Assembly: GCA_965655095.1 (NCBI GenBank)
Contig: OZ296654.1
Location: 39,928,001-39,992,000 of the forward strand
Source: Haplodiscus bocki
Taxonomy: Eukaryota
Length of the DNA stretch: 64,000 nucleotides
Direction of reading: 5' to 3'
Below, piece after piece: positions 1-11,810 of the stretch. Numbering within the stretch: the stretch's first letter is position 1; each line of letters begins with the position of its first letter. The translations under genes and the position numbers were made by a program. The notes beneath the pieces were generated by a model. It saw only the letters and a list, made by a program, of their open reading frames with translations. It was not told the DNA's origin and searched no databases.

Positions 1-220
1 CAACGACATGTTCGAGGACTGAGTAAAGTGCAAATTTTAGCTCTGCAGGGTATGCTTAAATGCCCTCCTACGAATGACCGCAACAACCGCTACACACCAC
101 AGTGAAAACTGTCACGAACGATAACCTATTTGTTAATTAGTCTTATCCGAACGTTGGCGACGTTTAGTCTGACCTATCTTTATAGAGTGTTTACCTTAAG
201 TTGAAGTCCCATGTGGTTTT

Positions 221-607
221 TTGTCAATCAACGCTTCAACAATGAACTTTCGACAGTTCATACATCATTTGAAAGCAAATAAATTACAAACAACGACGGA
301 AATGATTACCTTGTTTTGGGGCTATCAGCACCGTACTTTAACATACGAGATATTCCAAAAAATCACGAATGAAAGAATTGAAGATCGCGGACATACTCTA
401 CCATGGCTTCGACTTTATACACAGCGGTGGTACCACCAAATGCTGGTGTTTGTTGAATTTAATGCCTTACCACATACATTTGAATGGAAAGCATTGGTTG
501 ACTCCGCTAGGCAATATGCTGACACCGAAGAGCTGCAAGATTTTCCTGACTGGCCTCTCACGTTCGAGCAGGCACTAAGGCGCACGTTATTTTGCATGGT
601 TTTATAA
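221..607 (+). CDS. Small ORF A, unknown function, member of a local W..P..W..L..A..A..DW paralogue family
   Basis: 128-aa ORF (ATG at 242). It shares the spaced motif RWYHQML...LPHTFEWKALVDSARQYA...DW with ORFs B and C. Confidence 0.5.
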   Translation: MSINASTMNFRQFIHHLKANKLQTTTEMITLFWGYQHRTLTYEIFQKITNERIEDRGHTLPWLRLYTQRWYHQMLVFVEFNALPHTFEWKALVDSARQYADTEELQDFPDWPLTFEQALRRTLFCMVL

Positions 608-733
608 TTTGACACATAATATCGCCTAATGATTTCGAATCAATCGTCATATATCTTATAAGCCTCTATAAAAACACAGATTTTTCACTTCTATCCTCAG
701 TCTTAAGTCAGATATTCAACGTATGCTAACACC

Positions 734-1015
734 ATGAGTCGTTTATTTTGGAAAATTCCCATCATTGAATAAGAATGTGCCATTCACGGTAATCCTCTTG
801 TCTGGAGAGTTACCCTTTCATACATTACCCCCCGAGCGGACTTCTCAATCCGTTATTGGAGTCAAGGAGCCCTCATACACAAAGATATTATAATCTACCC
901 GGATTCACTGGAATGGAGCACACTCATGAGTGTCGCTGCTCCATATGCTCATGACTTCACTTTGGCTGAAGTTCTCATTGACTGGATGGCAAGACAATTT
1001 CGAAGCCGTTTCTGA
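734..1015 (+). pseudogene. Small ORF B (one internal TAA), paralogue of ORF A
   Basis: Manual translation: MSRLFWKIPIIE*ECAIHGNPLVWRV...YWSQGALIHKDIIIYPDSLEWSTLMSVAAPYAHDFTLAEVLIDWMARQF. Confidence 0.5.
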
Positions 1016-1373
1016 ATTTTAGCGAATCCAGATTATGATGTCACGATTTTATTCAATCTTATAACCCGGGCTCTTTGACTGACTTTCTTTAATTTAGTTG
1101 TTATTTATCAGTAACTTAAAACTCGATTTTCAAAAAAATATGAATTTTTTCAATTATGTCACACAATATCTGAGTATCCAAAAACTAGTCTCCAAATCGT
1201 ATATTTTTGTTGAACCATTAGGACCTCAATTCTCTTTGGCATCAATACTGCTCGTTAAAAGACAAATACTCTACTTTGCTGTTAGACCTTCTTGCATATA
1301 TGAGAATGATTGACTGCCCTCGTCATTTTCTCGAGCGTATACTAATAACTTCGTGACGTTTCAGTTTTTGGCA

Positions 1374-1681
1374 ATGCACCTTTTAAATTGGCTTTATTAA
1401 CACGATTACTATGTTTGCGACGTATTCGGGAGAGTGCAACTAGTCGGTATTAGCGACGAATTTGGCTACCCCCACTGATTTCGACATTCCGCCGATGGAA
1501 CTATGGCCACTTACTGTATTGGCATGACCCTATATTCCCCAACACTCCAGCTTGGAATGAGTTGATCGCATGTGCTGCCCGTAACGCTGAAAGAGCCGGC
1601 TAAGATTCCTTCGTCGACTGGTTGATTCTCCTTGATGTCTTTGCCATACAATCAATGACTTGGCACAACCAGCACGACTGA
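1374..1681 (+). pseudogene. Small ORF C (stops and frameshift), paralogue of ORF A
   Basis: Manual translation: ...RWNYGHLLYWHDPIFPNTPAWNELIACAARNAERAG*DSFVDWL. Several differences from copy 2 are synonymous. Confidence 0.5.
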
Positions 1682-2742
1682 AGTTCACAGAAAAAAGATA
1701 GTACTCTTTTAAAAACAAAAAAAAACAAAACTCTCTAATATTGATTTTCTCTTTACATCTGTTTATCTTAGATTTCTCGCAGATGTTTTCCATTGAGTGT
1801 TTGTGTCATTTTTAGTTGAAGATTGAAGGCAGCCATATGGAAAAGTATCAGGACCAAATCTGATATACAAACTTTAACAATATTAAGATTTGAAGTTTTG
1901 GACCGCTTAGACGTCACCTGGGCCAACGTGCCTCCCGCATTTGCTATGCCTTTTCCTTTGCCTTTTCGGCTCGTCGAAGTTTCGCGTTTTAAGTGGGTTG
2001 CACAAAATTTCGCAAAATAGCTGCCCCACTTGATTTTTTGGTGGTACACAACTTCACGCATTGGACCACTGCAGGTTGCTGACTGAAATCCTTCACAGAT
2101 TGGCCCACGCCATTCGAACAATTGTTCATGGGTCAAGCCAAGTCTTGTACCCCCTCATCTTCTTTAGTCAACATGTGAAATTTTACAAAAAACTCGTTTT
2201 TTAACCGTCACTCAACCGAACTAAAGACTAGCGACTCCGACTTGCAATTACAACTAGTCCGATGGCAATAGGCTGTGTTGGGCGGAATGAATAGTGTATC
2301 TCCTGGAAATTGGACATAATAGCGTAGCTGCCCAGTTTTCTATCCTTCTTCCAATAGAAGGGAAGGACTTGACAAAGTGGAGTGCAAAATAGTTTCGATG
2401 AAACTCGTAACAATTTTGAAAGCATAACTAGTTCTGTTGAAATTTTCCTATTGAGAGACCCAAATTCTAACGGATCGGACAATATGTTGATTGCAGAGGA
2501 ATTTTCCTCGGATGAGGAAAGGCAACGACATGTTCGAGGACTGAGTAAAGTGCAAATTTTAGCTCTGCAGGGTATGCTTAAATGCCCTCCTACGAATGAC
2601 CGCAACAACCGCTACACACCACAGTGAAAACTGTCACGAACGATAACCTATTTGTTAATTAGTCTTATCCGAACGTTGGCGACGTTTAGTCTGACCTATC
2701 TTTATAGAGTGTTTACCTTAAGTTGAAGTCCCATGTAATTTT

Positions 2743-3129
2743 TTGTCAATCAACGCTTCAACAAGTAACTTTCGACAGTTCATACATCATTTGAAAGCAA
2801 ATAAATTACAAACAACGACGAAAATGATTACCTTGTTTTGGGGCTATCAGCACCGTACTTTAACATACGAGATATTCCAAAAAATCACGAATGAAAGAAT
2901 TGAAGATCGCGGACATACTCTACCATGGCTTCGACTTTATACACAGCGGTGGTACCACCAAATGCTGGTGTTTGTTGAATTTAATGCCTTACCACATACA
3001 TTTGAATGGAAAGCATTGGTTGACTCCGCTAGGCAATATGCTGACACCGAAGAGCTGCAAGATTTTCCTGACTGGCCTCTCACGTTCGAGCAGGCACTAA
3101 GGCGCACGTTATTTTGCATGGTTTTATAA
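2743..3129 (+). CDS. Small ORF A, second copy
   Basis: Near-identical to 221-607. Confidence 0.45.
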   Translation: MSINASTSNFRQFIHHLKANKLQTTTKMITLFWGYQHRTLTYEIFQKITNERIEDRGHTLPWLRLYTQRWYHQMLVFVEFNALPHTFEWKALVDSARQYADTEELQDFPDWPLTFEQALRRTLFCMVL

Positions 3130-3255
3130 TTTGACACATAATATCGCCTAATGATTTCGAATCAATCGTCATATATCTTATAAGCCTCTATAAAAACACA
3201 GATTTTTCACTTCTATCCTCAGTCTTAAGTCAGATATTCAACGTATGCTAACACC

Positions 3256-3537
3256 ATGAGTCGTTTATTTTGGAAAATTCCCATCATTGAATAAGAATGT
3301 GCCATTCACGGTAATCCTCTTGTCTGGAGAGTGATCCTTTCATACATTACCCCCAGAGTGGACTTCACAATCCTTTATTGGAATCAAGGAGCACTCACAT
3401 ACAAAGATTTTACAATCTACCCGGAATCACTGGAATGTAATACACTCATGAGTGCCGCTGCTCCCCATGCTCATGACTTCAACTTGGCTGAAGATTTCGT
3501 TGACTGGATGGCCAGACAGTTTCGAAGCCTTTTGTGA
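3256..3537 (+). pseudogene. Small ORF B, second copy
   Basis: Same early TAA as copy 1. The 3' part reads YWNQGALTYKDFTIYPESLECNTLMSAAAPHAHDFNLAEDFVDW. Confidence 0.45.
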
Positions 3538-3904
3538 AATCAGATCTTGACATCACAACTTTGATAACTCCTAGAGACAGAACTATCCTTTCCTGAATAT
3601 ACATATTTTAGTTTTTTTTGTTTTGGTAACTTGAACAAGAAAAACACAACACTTGTTTCATTGAGTTACGATATCTGAGTTTCCAAAATCCAATTTAGGA
3701 ATTGTATTTTGTTCATTCAAAAGGACAAAATTTTTCTTTGGCATCAGTTTGGCTTGATGAAAGCCAAACTGTATAATTTGCAGTTAGACTTTCTTGAGCG
3801 TATGACAACGTTTGACAGCCCTCGCCATTGCTGCATTCTGTCGAGCGTATACTAATGTTTTCAGTTTCAGTTTCAGTTTATACCAAAAAGTTTCAGTTTT
3901 GAAA

Positions 3905-4210
3905 ATGCACTATCTAAATTGGCTTTACTCCCATGGTTACTACGTTTGCGACGTATTTGGAAGAGTTCAACTAGTCGGTATTAGCGGTGAATTTCCCTAC
4001 CCCCTAATTTTGACTTTCCGCCGATAGATTTATGGCCATTTATTGTACTGGTATGACCCAAACTTACCGAACACCCCTGCTTGGAGAGAGTTGATCGCAT
4101 GCGCAGCCCGTAATGCGGAAACAGCCACCCAAGATTCACTTGTCGACTGGCTATTTCACCTTGACGTCTTTGCCATCCAATCCACGGCTTGGTATAATCA
4201 GCGCGAGTAA
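3905..4210 (+). pseudogene. Small ORF C, second copy (one internal TAG where copy 1 has TGG)
   Basis: MHYLNWLYSHGYYVCDVFGRVQLVG...RR*IYGHLLYWYDPNLPNTPAWRELIACAARNAETATQDSLVDWLFHL. Confidence 0.5.
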
Positions 4211-5319
4211 CTGTTAAAAAACTTTTCACTGGAATTTTAAGTTTCTAAACAATTCTACCAGTATAAATTTTCATTTTACACTTTGTCAAAATTGACCTTC
4301 ATTTTTATTGTTTTCACTTACATCGCACGAGACGCTCCAGTGAAATTAAATTTAAAAAAAAACAAACAAAACTGACACCGATAAATGTGTCAGATTGTAA
4401 CCACAGCCCCTGAATAATTTCAGACGGACATTTTCAGCTCTTTGGCCTTGTATAGTTTGGAAAAACGAGACCATCAATTTTGATGCTATAATTTTTTTCG
4501 TCTGAATGACAATACCTTTTTATTTTCTCAACTTTGTGATCGAAATTACAAAATGCGCGACCATACGATCTTTTGCCCGACTGTTGGCCTTCTTTTGAAA
4601 GACTTTTATGGCCTAATATTCGTCATATAGCAAAAAAACAGGGCCAATTTACCTTCAGACAGCTCAGCGCCGAACGGTCATTTTTACCGGTTTTTTATGG
4701 AAAACAAAACCAAATTTTTTCTCAGGTTTGTGGCGGAAATTCAGAAATCCACAACCAACATTTTTGTAGCAAGGTCTTACCTGTAGAATAAAATCTATGA
4801 TTGGAAGCTAGAGCCCCTGTGCTGCAAGGGCCACCCCTTAGCACTTTAGTGCCGCAGGTTGCTTGAGACCTCCACATGGGTGGATGCATAGTTATAACTC
4901 ACCTTGAGGTTCCCGCATCTCGAAAGATAGCGCATTCTGCAAACAGTTTTTGCGCTATCCCGCTTTTCGGTCATGTGTCTTCCCAATTAGTGCACATACG
5001 AATGATTCCGTGACTTGATAACAATCTAGTATCAATTACCATGAGAAGTTGTCTTTACCTGTATTTTTGCTCTTTCGATTTTACAGAAGACAACCAACGG
5101 CTTAATGGGTCTATAAAATTCTTACTGTATGCAAATGCCAAGTACCCTTCCGTTTATTTCTGTTTAAAGAAAAGTGTAACCTTCTTTTTCAACCCTTCTC
5201 CGCTCGACTCGTTTGCGACAGCGCCCAATTTTCAGCATTCGTCTTTTTTTCCTTGATACTATATAATTTCTTTATGGTGGCTTCTCCGGGAGGGGGTTTG
5301 AGTCAAACTGTAAACATTG

Positions 5320-6246
5320 TTATTGCTCGAATGTTGCTATCTTTTTCATCTTCCACTCTTGCAACTTGCCTAGTACTGTCTGATCGGAAACCTTTTTCAA
5401 CAATAAAATTTGCCTCTCCCGCTGTAGACCGGTCGCATAATATTTTAAAACTTGCGGTCTCATTCGTACATCATGCTGCATATAGCCCTCAAAGCCAACC
5501 ACCAGAGCCGGTCTCTCTCCCATAGTCAGTACGGTTTGAGCACAGAGTGCTGACTGTATCATCAAGGATCTGGGTTGTGTTATAAAAAACTTGACACTAT
5601 CCCTCCACTGTTTTGGCGGTGGCTTTGTTAAAAGATTCACGAGTGCCTTCACAGAGGTTAACAGTGCCTCCAGCCGCCTAGAAGGATTTCCACGTTTGGC
5701 TATTAAGATAAATTTCCCCAGGGGTACATAGGTGATGCTATCGTCCCCGCCATTTTCAACATGGCCTGAGGTAAACCACGAACCAAACGACATTATTCTG
5801 TCGCTTTTCGTAACTGTGAGACTCACAGGGCACTGCACATTCACTAGATTGTCCAAGTTAATGGAGACAGCAGTTGAGAATTCCGTAAATTCTTTGTCAT
5901 AACTTTTCATTGGCCCATAAATTTGCGTCTTAGGAATCAAGATTTCCTTCTTCATATGAAGTAACCACGCCAACCCTATTTTAGTGGTTGTTAGCTTCGT
6001 ACCAAACTCGTAATTGATCTTCAATAAGGCTTGGTTTGTGATCAATAACGGTTCCGTTGCCCGCTCTCCAGAAGACACAGAAGCCATCCCACAGCGCTCC
6101 ATTTGGATCCCGACTTTTTTCCATGTTTTACAGTGGGTCCCGTCAACCTCAAGTACGGGCCTCCATCCCAACTCCAAGAGGTTTTGTTCACTTAGCAATG
6201 CTTCCAACTGATTTATGCCCCAATGTTTTTCAATACACATTTCCAT
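5320..6246 (-). CDS. Uninterrupted 308-aa ORF, no recognisable domain
   Basis: Long ATG-initiated ORF with globular-protein composition in AT-rich DNA. I recognise no motif in it. Confidence 0.5.
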   Translation of the reverse strand: MEMCIEKHWGINQLEALLSEQNLLELGWRPVLEVDGTHCKTWKKVGIQMERCGMASVSSGERATEPLLITNQALLKINYEFGTKLTTTKIGLAWLLHMKKEILIPKTQIYGPMKSYDKEFTEFSTAVSINLDNLVNVQCPVSLTVTKSDRIMSFGSWFTSGHVENGGDDSITYVPLGKFILIAKRGNPSRRLEALLTSVKALVNLLTKPPPKQWRDSVKFFITQPRSLMIQSALCAQTVLTMGERPALVVGFEGYMQHDVRMRPQVLKYYATGLQRERQILLLKKVSDQTVLGKLQEWKMKKIATFEQ

Positions 6247-7099
6247 TCCTATAACAAAAAGCTCAATTTAAATACTTACCTCATTAACTCTTCATCCCAA
6301 TACAGCGCTACTGATCACTTTTCTCTCTGCTCCTTTTTAAAGTTTTTTCTGCGTTCACTGGTATTTCTCTTTAACACAGAAGTTCTTTAAAGAATCAAAT
6401 GAACGTCGTGCACTCACCAGGTTTTTATCCGCGTTAGAACCTTTCCCCCGTCGATTTGCTGACTCGTCAGCTCACTCTGAAAATACACTCCATTATTCGT
6501 TCTGCGTTTTATTGGGCTCAAGATCTTCCTTCACTTGTATGCAAGTCACCTATTTACTCAAACACTAATTTACTTCTGAACTGCAGTACAAATAGCTAGT
6601 TGACAAAAGTCCAAACAAAAACAAAATAACACTGCAAAGTTACTAGAACTATCACGCTCATCTGCTAAATAGTCTGCGGTAATCAAAGCTGCCTATTCTG
6701 TTCTGAAGTCGGCGAAAAAATCACAAGAAGGTAAAAAGAACTGTGGGATGCAGATCGTCACCCACGACTGGTCTCCGAGCTCTCCGTCTCCCGCAGGCCA
6801 GGGAGTTATGCAGAAGTCCAAGACCTTTTGCACGCAGTGATGCCCCACGAATGTCATCTTGTCACAACATGTTATGGTCTTGCCAGAGAAAATGTTTATA
6901 AAACACATGACTCTTCGAGCTCTGAAAAGCTCGGCATTTTTTTACACACTGTTTTCTTTTCACAAAAAATCAACAAAAACACAAAATTCCGAACCAAGAC
7001 AACACCGCATTTCGCCTTTCACCCAAAAAAAGTTTTTCATAAATTTTTTTTCTGGTGTATTGTATTTTTTCTCGCCGACACCTTCCGTGAAACGATTCA

Positions 7100-9342
7100 A
7101 CTCTTTTTACACGCAACACTTTTTTCAGTCCTTTCGCTCCTATTGAGTGCAATAGTTGCTCCTACTGAATGGAAATCTGACCTTATTGCGGACCAAGACT
7201 CTGGCGCAGTACTTGCAAATGGCTTTATTTTCAACCACGTTACCACAATTCTATCAGCTGAAAAGTTTATAACTGTTGATTTTCTGGTTCCCTTTCCAAA
7301 GTTTGACATTAACGTGAGTGCCGACTTAGGCGCCTACATAGAGAAACTGGGAAAGCTTTGGAGCCACCCAAGTTGGGAATGTCATTTGGATTACTCCTCT
7401 GATTTTCAAAAAAATGACTCTACAGTTGATATCCATTGGCTGTTACATCACGTTCGGAACGAAGTTCGCATTGCGAAACACGAGCTTATCGCTCTACGCA
7501 ACTACACTTCATCCTTCTTGAACACGCCACATGGTACCGCCTCCGGACACAACCGACCGCCGAGGGCAGCGCCACTTGCAATGATGTTGCTTGCTTCCAT
7601 TGGATTATTCGGATCAAGAAATGCCCTTGGAGCTGGCCATTGCGGACTTACAGAAATTTTTGGATCATGTCAAGAACGCGCGAAACAAAACGCAGCGAAC
7701 ATAAAACAAATAGCAAAATTTAATGAATCCCTAGCAGAAGATGTCTTCAAAGTGAGGAGCGACGTGAATGATAAGTTTTTCTTGGGTACGACGGAGCTTG
7801 CTGCACCTAAATACGTTCAAAAGGAAATGCTTGAAATAGAAAATTGTAACTGGAAAATTATAGGAGATAATTTTGAAATATTTGAGCACAATTTTCACGT
7901 TCTACGAGAATGTGACCAGCTCTTATTCTCTCGTCAGCAAGTAATTTTCAATAATGATACTAATTCTGCATTGCAGGCAGTAACTTTCGCTAACATTAAA
8001 AGCTATACAAAAGATCTGTTTACTTATTGGGTTAACTTGATGAAGTCAATACAGCCAATGCTCAATCATTATCTTCCTTTGTTGCTACTTCCCAAGCAAT
8101 CGCTCTTGAAAATTTAAGACAATGTTGTATTGGAACGATGGCGAGTATCAGACAGACTTCTTCAGCAATTGATTTTGATGAAAAAATAGCCTATTACGAA
8201 TCGAAACTTTTACGTGACTTTATAGTCGTTGAACAAGGACTTTTTATGCGAATAGCAATTCTACTAGCATCAAAGGAATCAACGTTTACAGTTTTTTGAG
8301 CTATAGCAATCCCTATGCCTCAATCGGAAATTGATATGGCAATTAAATGGAAATTAGAAGCACCTTACTCAGCAAATTCAGAAAATATCGACGACACCGC
8401 TTTCTTAACTGAATATGATCTCTCACGATGTATTGGATCTAATCGTTATCAAATTTGCTTAGATATAATTGCAACGGAAGCAGGGCACGAGTCCTGCCTA
8501 GCAACTCTTTACTTCAAAGATAGCGTTGAAGCTCTACAAACTTGCGAAACAGAACAAATAGTGTTACTGTCGACAGAAACTTTCCAGCTATCAAAGTGAA
8601 TGTGAAATTTCTCGATCCCTTGAAACAGTTATGGAGTGAATTACCAGCAATTGAGGCCATGCCTTATTACTATCGGAAGACAGAGGCAGGAGTTGCTTTA
8701 CTCAAAGAAGTCAGTGATCGTTTACTCGAAGGTCCCAAATTGCGCGACCCGAAAAAGTTTTTAGAAATAGCGCTTCCTATTACGTCTAAAATGACATAGT
8801 TGCGACCTTCCCTCTCTAAAGAATTTGCATCACATCTTTCTATTAAACACTCTTTGATCATGAGTCTGATTTCTTTTTTTGGTTCTGGTCTACTTCATGT
8901 AATTGTTGTTCGGCTGTATCATTGCTATATACATCGTCACCCCACTACTCCACTTCGGCGTGGCCTCTTTTGCCCCAGAGCACCTGAACCAACGCGAACA
9001 ATAAGCTGCTCTGAAGGAGCCCCTGCGTCCAGTGCTGAATTAAGCCCAATACACATACAGGTTCCTGATTATTCGACAAAATCTCGCAACCTTACTCCAA
9101 CTCAGTCACAAAAAAGTCTGCGCGCGAAATTCAACATTATCCTAGCTTCCTATCAGGAAATCAATTCAACGGCGCCGCCAGTTGAGGCTCTTCAAAACCC
9201 AGGAAATCTCTCGAGAAGTACTTCAATGACAATGTGCAGCAAGCCCTTTGACCGACACACAAACAGGAACGATTATAGTGACCATTCGGGTCTTTTCTGG
9301 AACCGTTGGAAAAGCAACCAGAACATTTTTTTCGCAAGCTGA
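7100..9342 (+). pseudogene. env: Envelope / class I fusion glycoprotein (errantivirus Env / baculovirus F-like), degraded
   Basis: Signal-like LFSVLSLLLSAIVA; RPPR furin-type site (7554-7565) directly followed by the hydrophobic fusion peptide AAPLAMMLLASIGLFG; heptad region; Cys-rich segment (SRCIGSNRYQIC, SCLATLY); TM-like SLIMSLISFFGSGLLHVIVV. Broken by stops and frameshifts (8117, ~8300, ~8580, 8799). Confidence 0.75.
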
Positions 9343-9689
9343 TTGAAATCCTCGTTATCATTTAGAACTTTTATTCACTGGAATTGATTCCACTTTTCTC
9401 ACTGTAATGCAGTTAAATATAAAAAACTTGTAAGCTTCTTGGGACTGGACGACTGTGTGTTGGAAACACAACGATAACTATTCTCGCTTTGGCATATTCA
9501 ATTTGGATATCGATTTTCATGTTGGATTTATTCTCAACTCTTCATTGATATTTTGGATCAACTTGTACCTTTTGGCTTCGGAAATTCAATTTACACTAAG
9601 CCTTTCTGGAGAAGACTGTACTGCATTTGGGACCCTGGTTTTCCCTCGCCATCTTCATTTTGATGATGCACCAGCAGCAAAGTGACAAC

Positions 9690-9700
9690 AAGGAGGGTAG
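9690..9700 (+). promoter_or_regulatory. Polypurine tract
   Basis: AAGGAGGGTAG lies immediately before TGTAAC and downstream of env. Confidence 0.65.
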
Positions 9701-10110
9701 TGTAACACTGCATGCTTGACTTGAAACAAAGGAGACTTATCTAAGGAATGTGCCCATTAAAATTTATCTTCACAGGAAATATGAACAAAACTTAAACTTT
9801 GCGCTTTCGGGAGTCTAAACTGCGCTATATTTCAGATAACCTTTTGCTGCTTATCTTTTGTTTAAACTTTACCTTATTCAATAGTTAATACTCTCAAAAA
9901 GTAGGACGCAACGAGAGTTGAACGCTCTAGAAAAAAGTTAACTTGTTAAACTAACCAAAACTCTTCTTCGACGACCTGCTGAGTTGAAGCTTGTATTAAG
10001 TACAATCGCATGGACCGCGTATCCATTAGAAAACAACTTCTACTTGAAACACAGAAGATACTAAAAACCAACTCTGGCATAGAAGAAGAAAAACTAGAAG
10101 ATACGCTACA
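9701..10110 (+). mobile_element. 3' LTR of env-bearing (probably Ty3/gypsy-type) retroelement
   Basis: Starts TGTAAC right after the PPT and ends ...GCTACA (TGTA/TACA). The right end is inferred because no second LTR is in the window. Confidence 0.55.
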
Positions 10111-10836
10111 GAAATTATAATCTGAAGACCAATTAGTCCATTTTCCAAGTTTTTTTGTTAACTCTCTTTAGATGTTTTACTCCGTTTACTAATTTATTGG
10201 TATTTCGAATGCCATTAATGGAGCCTCTTATTGCACCTGCTCGTTGGTGGTCCTGCTAGTGCCGGTAATGTGTTTCTGGCCGGCGAAGACTATAAAAAAC
10301 TTGAACTTTTCGAGATGCATACATGTCTTGGACCTGGTGCTCAATTGTAGTTGAATTGAAAATGAACGAAATTGAAAATGGATATAGGTTCTCTTTTACT
10401 GCCTTGTGTTGGTGAAAGTAGCTGCTTTGTTTATTCGAAGGAATTTCTTTTCTATTGGTCAGGTTGTGTGGTGAAGTTTTCTCGTTTTGCAGTGTTACGC
10501 TAACGTCTGCAATTGGGTTCCAAAAATTGATTGGACCGCGAATGGAATGATTTTGCAGTTTTTCTGTTAGAAAAGGCCCCACTTCGTCGATTTCGTATCT
10601 GTTTGGACTGAAGTTTGCAAGAATTGCTCAAATGTTACTTTTTTTGAGGACATGAAATCTTTTCGATAATTGGTTTGTGGGGGGTATTCTGTTCTGATGT
10701 TTAAATGTGCCTGTACCTTTTAGCCATAAGTCTTTGTAATATCGACGAATGTGCTTCATCCTTCCGTACCAACTTCACTTCCTGTATCAGGGCGTCTTTT
10801 GCTTCAGTTTTGCTGCAAGTAGTGATAGATTTCTGA

Positions 10837-11810
10837 CACTGTTGCGTTACCTCCAAAAGCGGGAAAATTTACCTGCGGAGAGACGCATGAAAAAGACCCC
10901 ACATGCAGTTTACCTTCGCTACATGCAGTTCACCTGTAAAAGACTCAAATTTTTTGCTTCTACGCGGTAAGCTTCTCACGTAGAGTACACACGATGGCAT
11001 GTAATAAAACGCGCAAGTCGCGGGTAAATTCACCTGCAGGCTGCAGGCTAACTTTTCCGAAATTTGCAGTTGAATTCACCTGCGGTGCGGTTGCAGATTG
11101 TTTGCAAACGCGGGTTTTTTTGTTTGCATTTGCTGGCCTTTTCGCCGGCAATGGCAGGTATTTTTGCCTGCAATTGCGGGTATTTTTGTGTGCAATTGCG
11201 GGCATTCTTGTGTGCAATTGCTAATATTTTTGCCTGCAATTGCTTGTTTTTTTCTCTGCAATTGCTGGTATTTTTAAATGCGTTTGCAAGTATTTTTGCC
11301 TGCAATTTCGGGTGTTTCTGCTTGAGATTGCTGGTATTTTTGCCTGCTTTTGCAGGTCTTTTTGCTTGCAGTTGCGGGTATTTTTGTGTGCAATTTCGGG
11401 CATTTTTGCGTGCAATTGCTAGTATTTTTACCTCAAATTGCTTGTTTTTTACCTGCATTTGCCGGTATTTTTAACTGCGTTTGCAAGTATTTTTGCCTGC
11501 AAGTGCGGGTGTTTTTGCCCGCAAAAACAGGCAATTTTGCTTGCCAGTCGCGAGCAAAGTTGAATGAGTTCCGCATGTAAAATTACTTGTAAAGTGCCCG
11601 TTACATTCAGATAAGTTTACAGGCGGCTGCAAGCAATTCGCGTGTATTTTGCGCGAAGAGCTTGCCTCGTAGATGACGATAAATTTACCTGTTTTTACAG
11701 GTAAAGTGCAGGTAACGCATATAAACTGCGTGTGGGGCCTTTTTACATGCGATCCGCAGGTAAAATTACCTGGATTCGCAGGTAATTTTGCACTCGTCAC
11801 TTTTACAGTG
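10837..11810. mobile_element. Non-autonomous DNA transposon with CACTG...CAGTG ends and ~120-bp imperfect TIRs
   Basis: The left end (CACTGT...aatttacctgcgga...aaaaagaccccacatgcagttt...cctgtaaaa) matches the reverse complement of 11680-11810. Confidence 0.7.
11100..11530. repeat. ~22-bp minisatellite inside the DNA element
   Basis: Units like tttttgcctgcaattgcgggta. It produces the repetitive ORFs seen on both strands here. Confidence 0.85.

Larger units (their letters stand above)
1..4210. repeat. Tandem duplication, period 2522 bp (copy 1 truncated by window start)
   Basis: 1-~809 is nearly identical to 2523-~3331. Beyond that point the copies (810-1681 vs 3332-4210) are clearly homologous but much more diverged. 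Confidence 0.9.

Noticed and set aside
6249-6279. 31-nt intron upstream of the 308-aa ORF
   Set aside because: Splicing would put stop codons in frame with the ORF, and the length is implausibly short.
6828-7100. N-terminal 90 aa of the 429-aa ORF as part of Env
   Set aside because: Low-complexity sequence upstream of the signal-like segment with a non-ATG start; probably a chance extension.
10960-11580. Many overlapping ORFs on both strands
   Set aside because: Artefacts of the 22-bp minisatellite.
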